A DNA stretch of 64,000 bases from Rhodospirillales bacterium (GCA_038143065.1 JAYQLI010000042.1:1-64000), one strand, 5' to 3'; positions 37,951 through 50,620 are shown, counted from the first letter of the stretch. The notes: generated from the sequence alone by a model not told the origin. Numbers and translations: made by a program.

Positions 37951-38462
37951 CGAAATGTTGATTATTACCAGGGGGACATTACTGTCTCACTTCTACTGTC
38001 CTAAATTATGGTCTGTCATTTTCATTTATATTCATATTATCAAACAAAAAGCCTTTTGTTTGGCTTTAAAACAAATCCTAAGAAGGGATCCAGGAATGTC
38101 TAAATCTACAGATAAACAAATCTCAATAATGATAAACAGATGGGTTTTTGACCCATTCAAGAAATTGACTTAAAGAACTTAGAAAGGAGTCAGTTCAAGA
38201 ATGAATCTAAAAGAACTGGTATGACATTAATCAAATGAAACTACCTTTTGGTATCGTGCGTTGTACTCCTCACCGACTGCTTAAAAAGTGGTTAGGTATG
38301 AATCTCCTGTCAGTAATGAATGTGGGTTTGAATGCCATTCAGCATCAAAAATCTTTAGATTTTTTCTTTAACAGTTGTTTCCACATCTCACACATCGATG
38401 AAAAAGACTAAATATAGTTGATTACGGATTTTTCACTGCGGGTGAAAAATCTGAACATCTAA

Positions 38463-39661
38463 TTACATCGGAGGAATTGATAGATGATAAATTTCTCGTT
38501 TCTCTAATAAGGTTTCAGGAACAGGCGGTCGCATACCAAGCGCGTGGTGTGGCCTGATGTGATTGTATTCTTTAGGCCAGATGTTGATCGCCACCTGGGC
38601 CTGTTTGACGCTGTGGAACCACTCGGTATTTAGGAGCTCTTGACGCAAGATACCGTTGAAGCGTTCGTTATAGCCATTCTCCCAAGGGCTACCTGGATAG
38701 ATTTGGATCGGCCTTGCGCCGACCTTTCTTAGCCAATCCTGAAGGTGCTGAGCAACGAACTCCCCGCCATTATCAGAACGGATAAATTCGGGTTTCCCGT
38801 GTTTCATCAGCAGGCGGCGCATCACTTCCAAAACATCGTCGGAACCCATCTTGTCTCGCACCTCAACGCAAAGCGCCTGGCGGGTATATTCATCCAGGAC
38901 AGTCAGCATCTTGTAGCTGCGCCCGTTACTCAGCCTGTCATGTACAAAATCCATGGCCCAAACGTGGTTTGGATGTGTCGGGCGTAAACGAATGACCGAG
39001 CTATCTTTGTGATAAAGCCGCCGTCGCTTTTTGTGCCGCTCAGGCAGTTTTAGCCCCTCTTCGCGCCATAAGCGCTCGACTTTCTTGTGATTGACGTTCC
39101 AGCCCTCGATCCGCAACAGTTCAGTGACTTTACGATACCCGTATCGTCCATACCGCTTGGCATAGTGGATCATGGCGAGACGCAAGGCATCATCATCTTG
39201 AACCTTGGTTTTATAATGCAGGCTGGAGCGCGACACTCCAAGCACCGCACAGGTGCGCCGTTCTGATGTATCCAGTTTCTGACGGGTGTGGATCACGGCC
39301 TGACGCACCCCATCAACTGTCAGGCCTTCGGCTTTAAATAATCGAGGCTCTCCTTCAAGATCAGCTTGTCGAGCTGAAGGTCCGCAACGATTTTCTTAAG
39401 CCTCTCATTTTCCTTCTTCAATGCTCTCATCTGTGAAAGTTGAGGCCGGCCAAGGCCACCAAACTTCTTACGCCAGTAATAATACGTCTTGTCCGAAATC
39501 CCCGCTTTGCGACATGCGCTCACGACGTCCAAACCATCGTGCAAATGAACATCAATCTCGCGCAATATCTTCAGTGCGTCCTCATCCGAATACCGTTTCC
39601 GTGCCATTCTTTGCAACTCCATTGGTCAACAAATACTGGCACAGTTTTAGGGGCCAAGACA
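38463..39661 (-). mobile_element. IS3-family element (orfA 39320-39607, orfB 38463-39308)
   Basis: IRL TGTCTTGGCCCCTAAAACTGTGCCA; DDE motifs WAMDF, SDNGGEF, NERFN; right IR not seen. Confidence 0.9.
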
Positions 39662-39828
39662 TTGAATCAGAGATAGTCTTGAAAACTCCAAAGAATTTTT
39701 CAATGGAATTCTCAATTCTTCAGTAAATCACAGACTGATTGGGACAGTAGTGGATCGTTCTACTGTCCTAAATTTATCTCCCTAAAATATTAAATTGTAA
39801 ATACGAAATCAAACAGAAGGACTAAAAA

Positions 39829-40136
39829 ATGAGCGAGTTTAACCAGCCACATCCGATACTCCAAATCAGTCAATTTTGTCTAAAATAGAAAATATCTTGG
39901 TTCTAAACCAGATAGTTTTTGAAAATTTCACAGATCTGATTGATCTCTTAAATGATACATTTAGAGATTTCACTTTAGAGGAAATTATTCCATTTCATGT
40001 AGACGACAGAGATGCATTTGAAAATTTTTCACAGACTCTACAGTATGGCTTTGAAGATGAGTTATATGAAATACTAAATGAGTTTGAAGTTTTCAAAGAG
40101 GAATTTTTGAGGGATTTTGAGTTGAAAAATGTCTGA
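39829..40136 (+). CDS. Acidic hypothetical protein
   Basis: AAGGA RBS then a D/E-rich ORF. Confidence 0.45.
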
Positions 40137-40270
40137 ATGAAGACAGTTTTGTTGAGTGGGTATCCGAGTTGGTGGACGACTGTTTTATTCAAACCTTACG
40201 AACGAGCAAGAATTCCGAAAAGCGCTAAGCTAAATTTCTCACATTCAACAGTCCAGTCAGATGAGATTTA

Positions 40271-40852
40271 CTACCTCATTTTGGCTCTCACTATCACTTT
40301 CAATATATCGCTGTAGTTTGAAGCGATGAATGGCCAACCATCATCTGAATCCTCTAATGACCCACCCACAACAGAGATCTTCTTTGATGTTTCCGTTATG
40401 AAAGTTCTTCGACCACTGTGCGATGAGCATCCAATCAAACCTAATCTGTCATACCAACGTTGAAACATATTAACGATTGCTTGTGGAGCTAGTGCTCTTT
40501 TGAGCGTTCGGTTCGAATGATTGATGATGTTGACGGATTAAAAATTTTGGAGTTTGATGCTCTTTTCCAACAATTTAATTAAGTTAAGCTTCAGGTCTTT
40601 GTTCAGTGGAACCACCTGCCCCATTCCCTTTGGATGATGATTAGGAAGGTTTAGATAATCACCAACTGATCCGTCAGAATTCATCACCATTGCCCATTTG
40701 AGGTGAGCTATCTCTTTAGCTCGCAATCCAGCTTTAACGGAAAAGTAGAAGATTGTTTGATCTCTGAGACCATATCGGTTGGTTAGAAGGTACTCGCTTA
40801 TCATTTTGACCTGAACACGGCTTAGTGTCTTTGCTTGTTTCCCAAGACCCAT
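40271..40852 (-). CDS. Small (~195 aa) catalytic-domain-only tyrosine recombinase
   Basis: GLRAKE (R), SHSGRR (HxxR), VGHSSLQT..RY (H/Y); GAGGA RBS. Confidence 0.85.
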
Positions 40853-40966
40853 ATTTGATCCTCAACTGATTATGTTTGATTGATAATCAGACAATCCAGC
40901 ATCAGTTAATTTGAGACAACGTTAGGATAGATAAATAAGTTAAATGATATATCAATAGGTTAAATG

Positions 40967-41001
40967 AACTGATGATAGAAAATGTAATTCTATAATCAGT
41001 C
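40967..41001 (+). other. Palindromic site S1 (loxP-like)
   Basis: AACTGATGATAGAAAATGTAATTCTATAATCAGTC. Confidence 0.65.
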
Positions 41002-41769
41002 TTGCTTCGAAAAGTCGTTTGTTCACGGCTTCGATTATATCAACACCGAATTCATCTGCATGCTGGCGTATCACTTGTTCGTAAGAAATGTCTAAACTGT
41101 CAAATTCTTCTAGATGTTTAAAACCCAACGTTTCTGGTTTCCGAACTAAATTTTCTAAAAATGTTTTAACAGTTAGCTCTTCAACCGCACGTCTCGTGTA
41201 TCTAGCGTAGGTCTTTTCTTATTCTTTACAGTTAGAAATTGTTTAAATGCCACTTGTTTCCAAAATGAATATTCGATGGCGTTTCCGCATTCATCGAACG
41301 ACAAAATAGTTCTCTTTCTTTTCGTCAATTCGACCACCAGTTCTTCGGATATTTTTATGCCACTTCCTATATGCATCAATTTGTTTAAGTTCTTTAAAGT
41401 TACGTATCTGTTTAATTGGATCAACTTCGACCATAATTAATGCCTCAAGCTAGCTTTCACCTTAAAGATGACTGAGGCTCCTCAGACAGCAAGTAGGCTC
41501 ATGCTGAAAGTTCTGCACTCCTCGTAATCCGCCTGATATGTGCTCTATCTTTATAGAATGGCATTATTCCGGAGCAGTTCAGCTTAATTTATGGAATGTC
41601 GGATATCTTAAATTAGTTTATTGAAAAATTTTGCATCGGTAAATTAGATATTGGTTTAAACAGCTGTTTTTAAAATAGCCTACCGGTACCTGATCTAGTT
41701 TTTTTCTGACCAGACACAAGCTAATTGGTTATAAGTTCGCTCATCAGCTGGTGAATGGTTCAGGTATAA

Positions 41770-42765
41770 TCTGAACAGATGCTAAAAATTAAACCGTTTT
41801 CCAAAATACTCGTTTTGAAACTTAGCCCATTCTTGATAAATCAGGCTGCTTGGTACTGGATCCATATCTAACGAAAGGAACTGGCTCATTCCCACTATAC
41901 TTACAATAGATTGGCTGGTTTGATTTTTTACATTTTACAATACAAATGGTCTTATCAACAATCTCAAGAAAATGTATCTACTAAGCTGGCTGCTGTTGTG
42001 CCACAATTCATTAATTTGGTTCATGATCAAAAGTGAGTATTTATCTCTGTCTTTAAAATCATCACTTTTAATTCCCACGATCTCTTTATCTTGATCTCTT
42101 ACACCAATAATGAGATCGCCTGAATTTGTATTCAAAAACCCACATACTTCTTTAATTGCCGCCCGCCTTAATTCCTTTGAAATTTGTCCTGTTCACACAT
42201 CCCGAGAAAACGATTGCTTAAATTCTGTGGTCTCGGATTCTTCCGAGGTCTAGGTAATGCTTTATTTCAAGAGGCCGACAAAGCTTTCGGTACGCATTAG
42301 TCGCTCTACCCTGCGTACCATCATTGAAAGGATTTAATTTTCATCATTTTTTATTTTTAGCCGTTCTATTGTTCAGCATTAATTGCAAACGTAATGGAAC
42401 GAGTTAATTTATGTCCGATTAGCTGTTGGAACGTTATAGCTCCTTCAATAGAACCAGAAAGTTCAGCTAGATGTTTAGAGTCTTGCAATTCACCAGAAAC
42501 ATTAAAATGATATTCATGCTCAAGATCACGCCCAGGCTGACCATCTCGATCAATTGAGAAACTTAAACTCTGCTCCGATAGTTTCCTTCAAAACTGACTG
42601 CAAATTAGGGCTCAAATATACAACCCTGCTTTCGCCTTCTTCTGCTCTTCAAATTCAATGAAAGCTTCTAAATGATCACAGAGCAAAACCCAAGGGACGC
42701 TGTCCACAAAACGGGCATAATGGAAGGACATCATTAAATGGGGCTAAATTTACAACATTACTCAT
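41770..42765 (-). CDS. AlbA_2/Schlafen-domain protein with N-terminal CPFCG motif
   Basis: ESETTEFKQSF..KEVCGFLNTNSGDLIIGVRD..IVGI. Confidence 0.7.
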
Positions 42766-42802
42766 CGATAGCATCCAATTTAAGCCTGTTCCCAATTTTG
42801 CG

Positions 42803-43106
42803 CTAAAAGACCCTATATCTCAATAATAAATCATCTTCAAAACAACTAAATGACAAAATGAGGTGCATTGATGACATTATAGGGGAACTATAATCGATTG
42901 ACCACGACATTCGCTTTTTGTCCAACTGTTTAAGATCTTGATTTAGTTCCGCGCACTTTCTAAGTTTTTTGTGTGAGCCACAGATACAAGCTTTATCAAG
43001 GAAACTTTGAGGCATCGCACCACCAGCATCTTTTTCGTATTATTTTTCTTAAAATGTTTAGATTGTTGGCAGTGTGATTATTAAGTTCTTCATTTTTCGC
43101 AACCAT
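42803..43106 (-). CDS. Small protein with SEC-C-like motif
   Basis: CICGSHKKLRKC. Confidence 0.35.
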
Positions 43107-43677
43107 TAATAAAATCGCTTTTCTAATAATATCCTCATGTTTTTTATATATCAAAGAATACGGTTCTAAATTTGAGTAGGGACGGCCCCAGGACCAAATT
43201 TAACGATCCCATCCAACTCAAGAAAGAATTCCAATTCATATCGGTCGATTCCTGCAATTTTTTTGATCTCAAATTGAGTATTGTTCAGGAATGGAAAAGA
43301 ATTTGGATGAATGAATTCGCTTAATAAATCATAAAATTCTTCAGACCTTCTACATTGCGCTCAAGTTTCTTTTAATTTGGTCAAAATATTTGAGTTAGAC
43401 AACATACCGTCTCTATCACGTACTGCCTGACCACCAGCTAATTTTCCGTGGATCTAAGCTTGATGGCAGTACCATGGGCATCTTTGGATCATAAAAAGAA
43501 TTTAATGTTCCTAATCCAAACCATATCCTCCAAGTTAGAGGATTCTTCACACATTTCGTCTCATATTCCGTTAAAGTGCTTAATTTTTTCAGAACCATCA
43601 TTGAATGCCGCTACGGTCTCTAACAGATTGAGTATGAAAATATAAAGATTTATGTTCCAAATTTTCAAATGAACTCA

Positions 43678-43905
43678 TTATTTGAACAAAGGGGCATCCT
43701 TTACATCTAAGCACATCGTATAATTGAACGCTTCGATTATACGAATACATGAAAAAATAGGACCTTGTGGTTCGATATATATGTAATTTCTTTTGCTCAA
43801 TAGAGAGGCAGACTTTGGTGGCTCTGTGTACGCCTTAGGTAAGTGGAGATTACTAGGCTTTAACCTACACAGTCGCTCTAATCTTTTTACCTCTAGTTCA
43901 AACAT
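43678..43905 (-). CDS. Hypothetical protein
   Basis: ORF only; no recognisable motif. Confidence 0.3.
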   Translation of the reverse strand: MFELEVKRLERLCRLKPSNLHLPKAYTEPPKSASLLSKRNYIYIEPQGPIFSCIRIIEAFNYTMCLDVKDAPLFK

Positions 43906-43956
43906 TTCATCAAACCCAAAACCTCTTAATTGGACAAAACTTACTGTATCAAGGCC

Positions 43957-43990
43957 AACTGACCATAGAAATTATATTCTATAATCAGTC
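43957..43990 (+). other. Palindromic site S2 (loxP-like)
   Basis: AACTGACCATAGAAATTATATTCTATAATCAGTC, 3 bp beyond the hsdR stop. Confidence 0.65.
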
Positions 43991-43993
43991 ATA

Positions 43994-46900
43994 TTATGCG
44001 GCCATTCAAACTCAGATACCACTTCCTGCCTGCCTTAAGACCATCTCAACTGCATCTTAGCCTTATCAGGGGGATATTGATATCTTCTCAGAAGGGTTCT
44101 GATCAAGACACGCAGTTTAGCCCGCACACTATCACGTACAGCCCAATCCACAGTAAGATTATCTCGTAGCTTGGCAGCTATCTCTCTGGCCATCTCGACA
44201 AGGACTTCTTCCCCATGACTTCTTGGGCAGACTCATTTTTGGCTAGAGCATCATAGAATGCTTCTTCCTCATCATTCATATTGTGACTTTCACGCCTACA
44301 AGATCCTCTTGAAATTGTTTAGCCATAGCGATGAGTTCCTCAATAACCTGCGCAGCCTCAATAGCCCTGTTGGCATACTTGCCTAGAGATGCCTGAAGCA
44401 AGTCACTGAATTTTCGTTGCTTAACCACGTTGGTTCTAAACTTAGACTTAACCTCGTCTTTTATAAGCCTCTGCAACAGTTCAACAGCGAGGTTCTTATG
44501 GGGCATCTTCATGACCTCAGATAAAAACTCATCAGACAAGATAGAGATATCAGGGTTTCAAGGCCCCAAGCTTGAAAATATCTGATACGCCTTCACCTAC
44601 TACGGCTTGAGAAACAAGTTGGCGTAACTCATAGTTCACATCCTTTTTAGGTCTATCCTCCATCGCTTCCTTTAATCAGCGGCGCTCTAACTGCCTGATG
44701 GAATGCAACTTCTGGCGATAACTCTAGTGCTTCATCCAATGTACCACACAGAGCAAAGGCCTTTGGTCATTTTGCAGCACAGTATCTGCATACCGGCGTT
44801 TACCGTCATCCTGCGCTAGTACACAGTCCATGCATTCAGGTATCAGTGTAAGGGCTTTTGTTTTGAATTCGCTCCAATCAACCGTGTGGAGAAAGTCTCC
44901 GGCAATCTGGATCTTTTCTTTAAGGATGCGCAGGGCTTCACTAGAGTCGATAGTGGGGCGTCCTTTACCCTTGGCGGCGCTATAGGTTGCGAGTGCTTCT
45001 TTTAGCTGCGGTGCAATGCCGATGTAATCTACAGACCAAGCCCCAGGTTTATTTTTAAACACTCGGTTAACACGAGCAATTGCCTGTGCCAGGTTGGCCC
45101 CCTGCATCGGTTTGTCGATATACATTGTTGACAGGCAAGGAGCATCAAATCCGGTCAGCCCATATCTCTGACAATTACTATTTTAAGCGCATCATCAGGA
45201 TCTTTTACCCGCTTTTCCAAATCCTTCTTCTGCGACTTATTAGTATGGTGCGGCTGGAATAGGCCTTATCTGAAGCAGAGGCTGTCATTACTACTTTGAC
45301 TGTACCGCCCATGTGATCATCTGAATGCCAATCAGGTCGAAGTTTAATAATTTGATCGTAGAGACGCACACAAATGTCACGGGACATTGCCACAACCATA
45401 GCTTTACCAGGCTGCGTTTGGCTTCTGGTTTCGTAGTGCTGGATTAGATCTTCGGCTATCTCCTGCAAGCGAGCCTCAGTGCCAACTATCGCCTCTAATG
45501 CCGACCATTGCGACTTAGCTTTCTCTTTATCACGATCATCCTCCACCTCATCATCGAGCAGTTCTTCTACTTCTGCATCGATTTGGCAAAGCGTCTTGTT
45601 TTGAGGTTGATCTTGGCTAATCGGGACTCGTAGTAGATCGGCACTGTGGCCCCATCATCCACCGCTGCTGAATGTCATAGATCGACACATAATTACCGAA
45701 TACAGATTGGGTATCTCGGTCATCTTGCGATATCGGAGTGCCGGTAAAGGCTAGGAACGTAGCATTCGGTAAAGCATCTCTTAGCGATTTAGCTAGTCCA
45801 TATTTAATTGTTCCAGTTTGACCGTCGATCTTAGCTTTTAAAGCCATACTGCGTGCGATGTGCCTCATCTGCAATAACCACGACATTGTGGCGATCGATA
45901 GCACTGGGAACCTATCTTCATCTGCATCAAGTCCGAACTTTTGTATGGTTGTGAAGATTATGCCACCAGACGGCCGGTTCATCAGATGCTCTCGGAGTTC
46001 CGCCCTCGAGTTAGCCTGCTTTGGTGTTTCACCCAACAGTTCGCCAGCGCCAGCAAATACGCCGAACAGTTGCCCATCAAGATCTGACGATCTGTAACCA
46101 TTACCAATGTGGGGGTTTTCTAGGCGAGGCTCTGCTATCAAGCGTCCTGCAAGGCATGCCATTTCAATGCTCTTGCCCGCTCCCTGCGTGTGCCAGACAA
46201 CGCCACCTTTTTGGAGCCCTCTATGCCAGATGCTGTAACAACGCTCTCCACAGCAGCCTGTACGGCGTGGAACTGATGATAGCCTGCGATCTTTTTGATA
46301 ACCGTCTTATCGTCCTCAAACAGGCAGAAATACCGCAGATAGCTAAGGAACACCTCCTTGTTAAAGAGGCCCTTGATAAGGGTTTCCAGTTCACGGTGTT
46401 GTCCTAATGGATCCACTTCAACGCCGTCGATGGTTCGCCAGCGCATAAAGCGTTCTTCATTAGCGGAGAGTGATCTAATCGGGCAAATATACCGTCAGAT
46501 ATCACCATGCAGGTGTTGTAGTTAAACAGGTCTGGAATGTCGTTCTTGTAGGTCTGTAGTTAGTTATAGGCCGCCCAAATATCAGCTTGTTCGTCTGCGG
46601 CATTCTTCAGTTCCAGAACTGATAGAGGCAAGCCATTTACAAAGACTAAGACGTCAGGCCTACGGTTATGCTTCTGACCATGTATTGTGAACTGGTTGAC
46701 CACCAGCCATTCGTTATTGTCAGGATTGTCGAAATCGATGACTTTTAGCTGCTTACCAATCTCCTGATCACCCTCGTGATAGGTCACCTTAACGCCTTTG
46801 GTCAGCCACGAATGAACCTGTCGGTTGGCAGACATCAGGGCTGGAATGTTGGGTTAGTAAGCTGAGAAAGTGCTGTGGTAATCGCTGTTTGAGGAATATC

Positions 46901-47081
46901 AGGATTGATGCGAGTAAGAGCGGATAGCAGCCGATCTTTCAGTACAACCGATACATAATCAGACCGTTCAGGTGTTTCACCATCAGGGTGCGATATCGTA
47001 GCCACAGATATAATCGTAACCAAGGTCTTTGAACCATTCGATACTTTGCAGTTCAACTTGGTCTTCGGTTACCAAAGCCAT
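43994..47081 (-). CDS. hsdR: Type I restriction enzyme R subunit
   Basis: [57 protein letters not shown]. Confidence 0.92.
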
Positions 47082-48330
47082 CAGATACCAGCCTCTTCAA
47101 GGAACTTCTCTGCATCAGGTATGCGGAGTTCACTGAGATGAGTTTGGAAGCAGTGTGTCTCTGAGTTTGGATAATACTTCAATTTCTGCCGCTGCAGTTA
47201 ATATGCAAGTCTATGATAGGATTTATAATCTCTGTCCAAATTTCTGTTTTAGGTCAGAAGCAGGCATTACGACTTTTATGCTTTTAATACTGCTCGCTGA
47301 AACATTCCCTTGAGCGGAACCAGTGCCAAAGGTTTTCAACTTCTTTTTTAAAACTTGCCCGTCTTCATACAACTTCACCATGAATGCGTAATCGCTCGTT
47401 GCGTGGGCAACAAGCCTACCGACCCGCTGGTTGAGGTAAGGCAACTCAACAACCTTTGGGAACCAATAGCCCTACTTCTCCAAGATCCGGTCAACCAATA
47501 AGCGTCCCCAGATGATAAACGAAACCTTTGAATTTCAGAAATCGTCATGACTATCTACTTGACTGGACGAAAAACATCTACCAACATAGGTTTGACATTC
47601 CCTATCCTAACAACAGGACTCCTTCTTCGCACCAGTCTTTGCTCTTGAAAGCATAGCCATTCTGAATATCGGCAAGTTTGAAGGTAGATAAAGTCCACCC
47701 ATTCGGTATCTCCCCAATCTCCGAGATCACCAACTCATCAGGGAACAGATCACTGATTTCGGCGGAAGACCTGTGGGCGACCCTCTGCCTTTGCTCGTAC
47801 AGGATCAAAGTCCACAAACCATGACTTAAAAGATCGTCTTGGCGATCTCTCTCAAGGGTTTGGTTCATCTTTTGGTTGAGTTCGATTTTATCGTCTAGCG
47901 TGCCGAGGATGTGGGCGATTGCTTTTGGTCAGCAAAACTTCGTTCGGGTACTTCAAGAGATTTAAGACTTGTTTGATTGATCAGGGGTGCCGGAACCACC
48001 TCTCAACGAATGCAAATCCTTCGTCAACAATAAGTAGTAACAATAGCGAGCATCAGCACCAGTCTTTGCATTGCCTTTGATTGCATCTAACCCAACACTG
48101 CTCTGAACTGTAATGCACATCGAACACAGTAAGACCCAACACGACCTATTATTATAGTTTCAGCAGGATTACTGAATTCATCGCAGTGACCAATAACTCC
48201 GTTGGAACCAAACACATTGAACGTTCCATGCCTTCATCAGCAGGGCGTTTTTCCGTTTTCAAAGATAAGGTAAGTATCTATAGAATAATTGCACTAAAGA
48301 TCCTCAAACGTACAAGATAGATTTGAAACA
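47081..48330 (-). CDS. hsdS: Type I R-M specificity subunit
   Basis: [51 protein letters not shown]; start approximate. Confidence 0.85.
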
Positions 48331-49825
48331 ATTTTTTGGTCTAATTCAGAAGACGCATCCTGCAAGAATGCAGTGACTTCTGTTAAATTTTTTATCGTTT
48401 TCGTAAACGTTTCTGGATGTTTCGTTTGTTCCCCACATACCTTCCCGGCGTCAGGACAAAACCATTCTTCTCGATCTCTTCAAGACGCTGACTTGCAATC
48501 CCCGCAACGTCCTCGTAACCTTCACCGGTTTTCCACGACTGAACCGTCTGATGGATCTTTGCGATGTCCTTGTTTGTGAACACTCTAAGAACCCGGCTCT
48601 GCATAGTTCCCAACTGTCGAGCATCGATAAACAACGTTCTCACCTCGACGATCCTGCCCATGATCTTGTCGTTTGTGAAAAACCAAAGACAGACTGGAAT
48701 CTGTGTATTGAGAAACAACTGACCGGTAATGCGACCATAACCTCGACCACGTCACCTCGCACCATCGCATTGCCTCTGTATCTGTCTTCACCGCCAGTGT
48801 TGGAACTCATCGAACCATTAGCCAGTACAACCCCTGCCTGACCGGGACAACTTCCACAACATGTGTTGTAGCCAAGCATAGTTGGTATTGCCTACAGGGG
48901 CCTACCAAACTTCCAGCGGGTCACTCTCGTACTCTCCTCCCCAGTCTGAAATGTTGAACGAGTGGATTAGCCATGATGTAATCAAACTTCAGATCTGGGA
49001 ATTGATCTCGTCCAAAGGTATCACCAGGCTCTTTCCGAGATCAGCAGCAAACCACGAAATGCCAAGTTTCATTGCTGCTAATCGCCATGTAGTGGGATTA
49101 CTTTCCTGCCCATAGGATGGAGACATCATCCACACGACCGCCATGTGCCTTTACGAATTCTTCACTCTGAACAAACATGCCTCCTGAACCACAGCAGGGA
49201 CTTGGTAGACACGGCCTGAGTTAGGAGAAAGGACAGCAACAAGGGTCTTCACGACATGAGTTGGCGTGTAGAACTGACTGCCTTCTTGCCTTCTGCAGAA
49301 GCAAATTGGCCAATGAAGTATTCGTTACTTCGCCCAGAAGATCGGAGGATCCGTATTTATCAGCAAACCCAATTGTAGAGATGAGATCGATGAGTTCACC
49401 TAGAACACCCTGACCAAGCTGCGCACGACCGAACCGTTTGTCTAACTTACCTCGCAAAGAGGTGTTCTCGTTCTCAATAGCGGTCATAGCTGCATCAACA
49501 AGCGAGCCAATGTCTGGTTGCTTAGCTTTTGCCCTTAACGCCTCCCAGCGAGCTTCCAGGAACCCAGAATACGTTGTCTTGAACATAATAGTCTCGTTCT
49601 TCTAGTTCCTCCTGGTACTCGGAAGGGTCCTCACTGATGAACAATTCAGAGGCTGGATTTGAAACAGATTGTCTTATCTTTTCCTGCTGCTTAACAAAAG
49701 TATCAGATATATATTTGAGGAATATGAGGCCTAGACGATATGCTTGTATTCGGCAGCATCCATCTTTGAGCCTGGTGCTTGTCAGCAGTTTTCCATAGGG
49801 TTTGTTTGAAATCTTGTTGGGACAT
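48320..49825 (-). CDS. hsdM: Type I R-M methyltransferase
   Basis: LWKTADK, LGLIFLKYISD, CCGSGGMF, GQESNPTTWRLA, VLANGSMSS, LTPGRYVG. Confidence 0.9.
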
Positions 49826-49839
49826 AAAATTGCCGCTCC

Positions 49840-49873
49840 GACTGATTATAGTTTTTACAAACATTAGTCAGTT
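49840..49873 (-). other. Palindromic site S3 (inverted relative to S1/S2)
   Basis: GACTGATTATAGTTTTTACAAACATTAGTCAGTT, abutting the hsdM RBS. Confidence 0.65.
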
Positions 49874-50117
49874 CCGACACATTTGCAATCACGCAACATC
49901 TCAAAAATTAGGCATCCCAGCACAGTTCACTTCATCGACTTCCAACCTCTTAAGCAAAACAGTATCTGAAGAACCCACACCAAATTCTCAAGCCGTTAAT
50001 GTATGATATAAGCTTATTCTGGTTGAGCGACCACAGTAATAATTAAAGGATCCCAGTGTGCTGTGATCCAATCTGCAGCAGTATTAAAACTGATTTGGGT
50101 GGCTAAGGAGACTATGC

Positions 50118-50620
50118 TCAGCGAAGCTCAAAGCAGGTAGAATTAACCCAATCAATCGAGGACGCCAAATCGTTCTTTGTCCTCTTCTTTAAACAATATT
50201 CCAGCCAACCAACTATTCTTTGAAGATTGTCTGGTATTTCAAAATGCAATTCGCTGTAACCAAACTTTGTTTTCTGCCAACATGATTTAACCATATGCAT
50301 AAAGTTCAGTTCAATATCGTCAGGCTTTTCCATGATGATATGCAAATGATGTCGGTGCGTATGATCACATTCTCTAACGACAAACATAGATGCTTGGCAT
50401 CCTATCGATAGCAGCAACATCGTTTGTCCAACAGAGATTTCAGAGCTAAATGTCTTTACTGCTTGGAAGCTGGCTTGCTCCATTTTTGAATGAAGCCCCG
50501 ATCAACAGCGGCACGTACGCCAAACAATTGTTATGGGAAAAGCGCAGTGAGTTTGAAATCAGGAAAAAGCGACCAAGCACGTGCTACGATATGGGCAGAT
50601 AATGGTGGTGCCATTTCGAA
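50118..50620 (-). CDS. Small HUH endonuclease-like (Rep/relaxase-type) protein
   Basis: RHHLHII (HUH) and LEYCLK (YxxK); start uncertain. Confidence 0.55.

Noticed and set aside
40271-43990. Classical integron (IntI/attC) or XerCD dif/pdif modules
   Set aside because: The recombinase is too short for IntI and no RYYYAAC..GTTRRRY attC structures were seen; the sites do not resemble the dif consensus
50088-50123. Additional weak palindromic-site matches (also near 41582, 43101, 36599)
   Set aside because: Too degenerate or wrongly spaced to distinguish from chance in AT-rich DNA by eye
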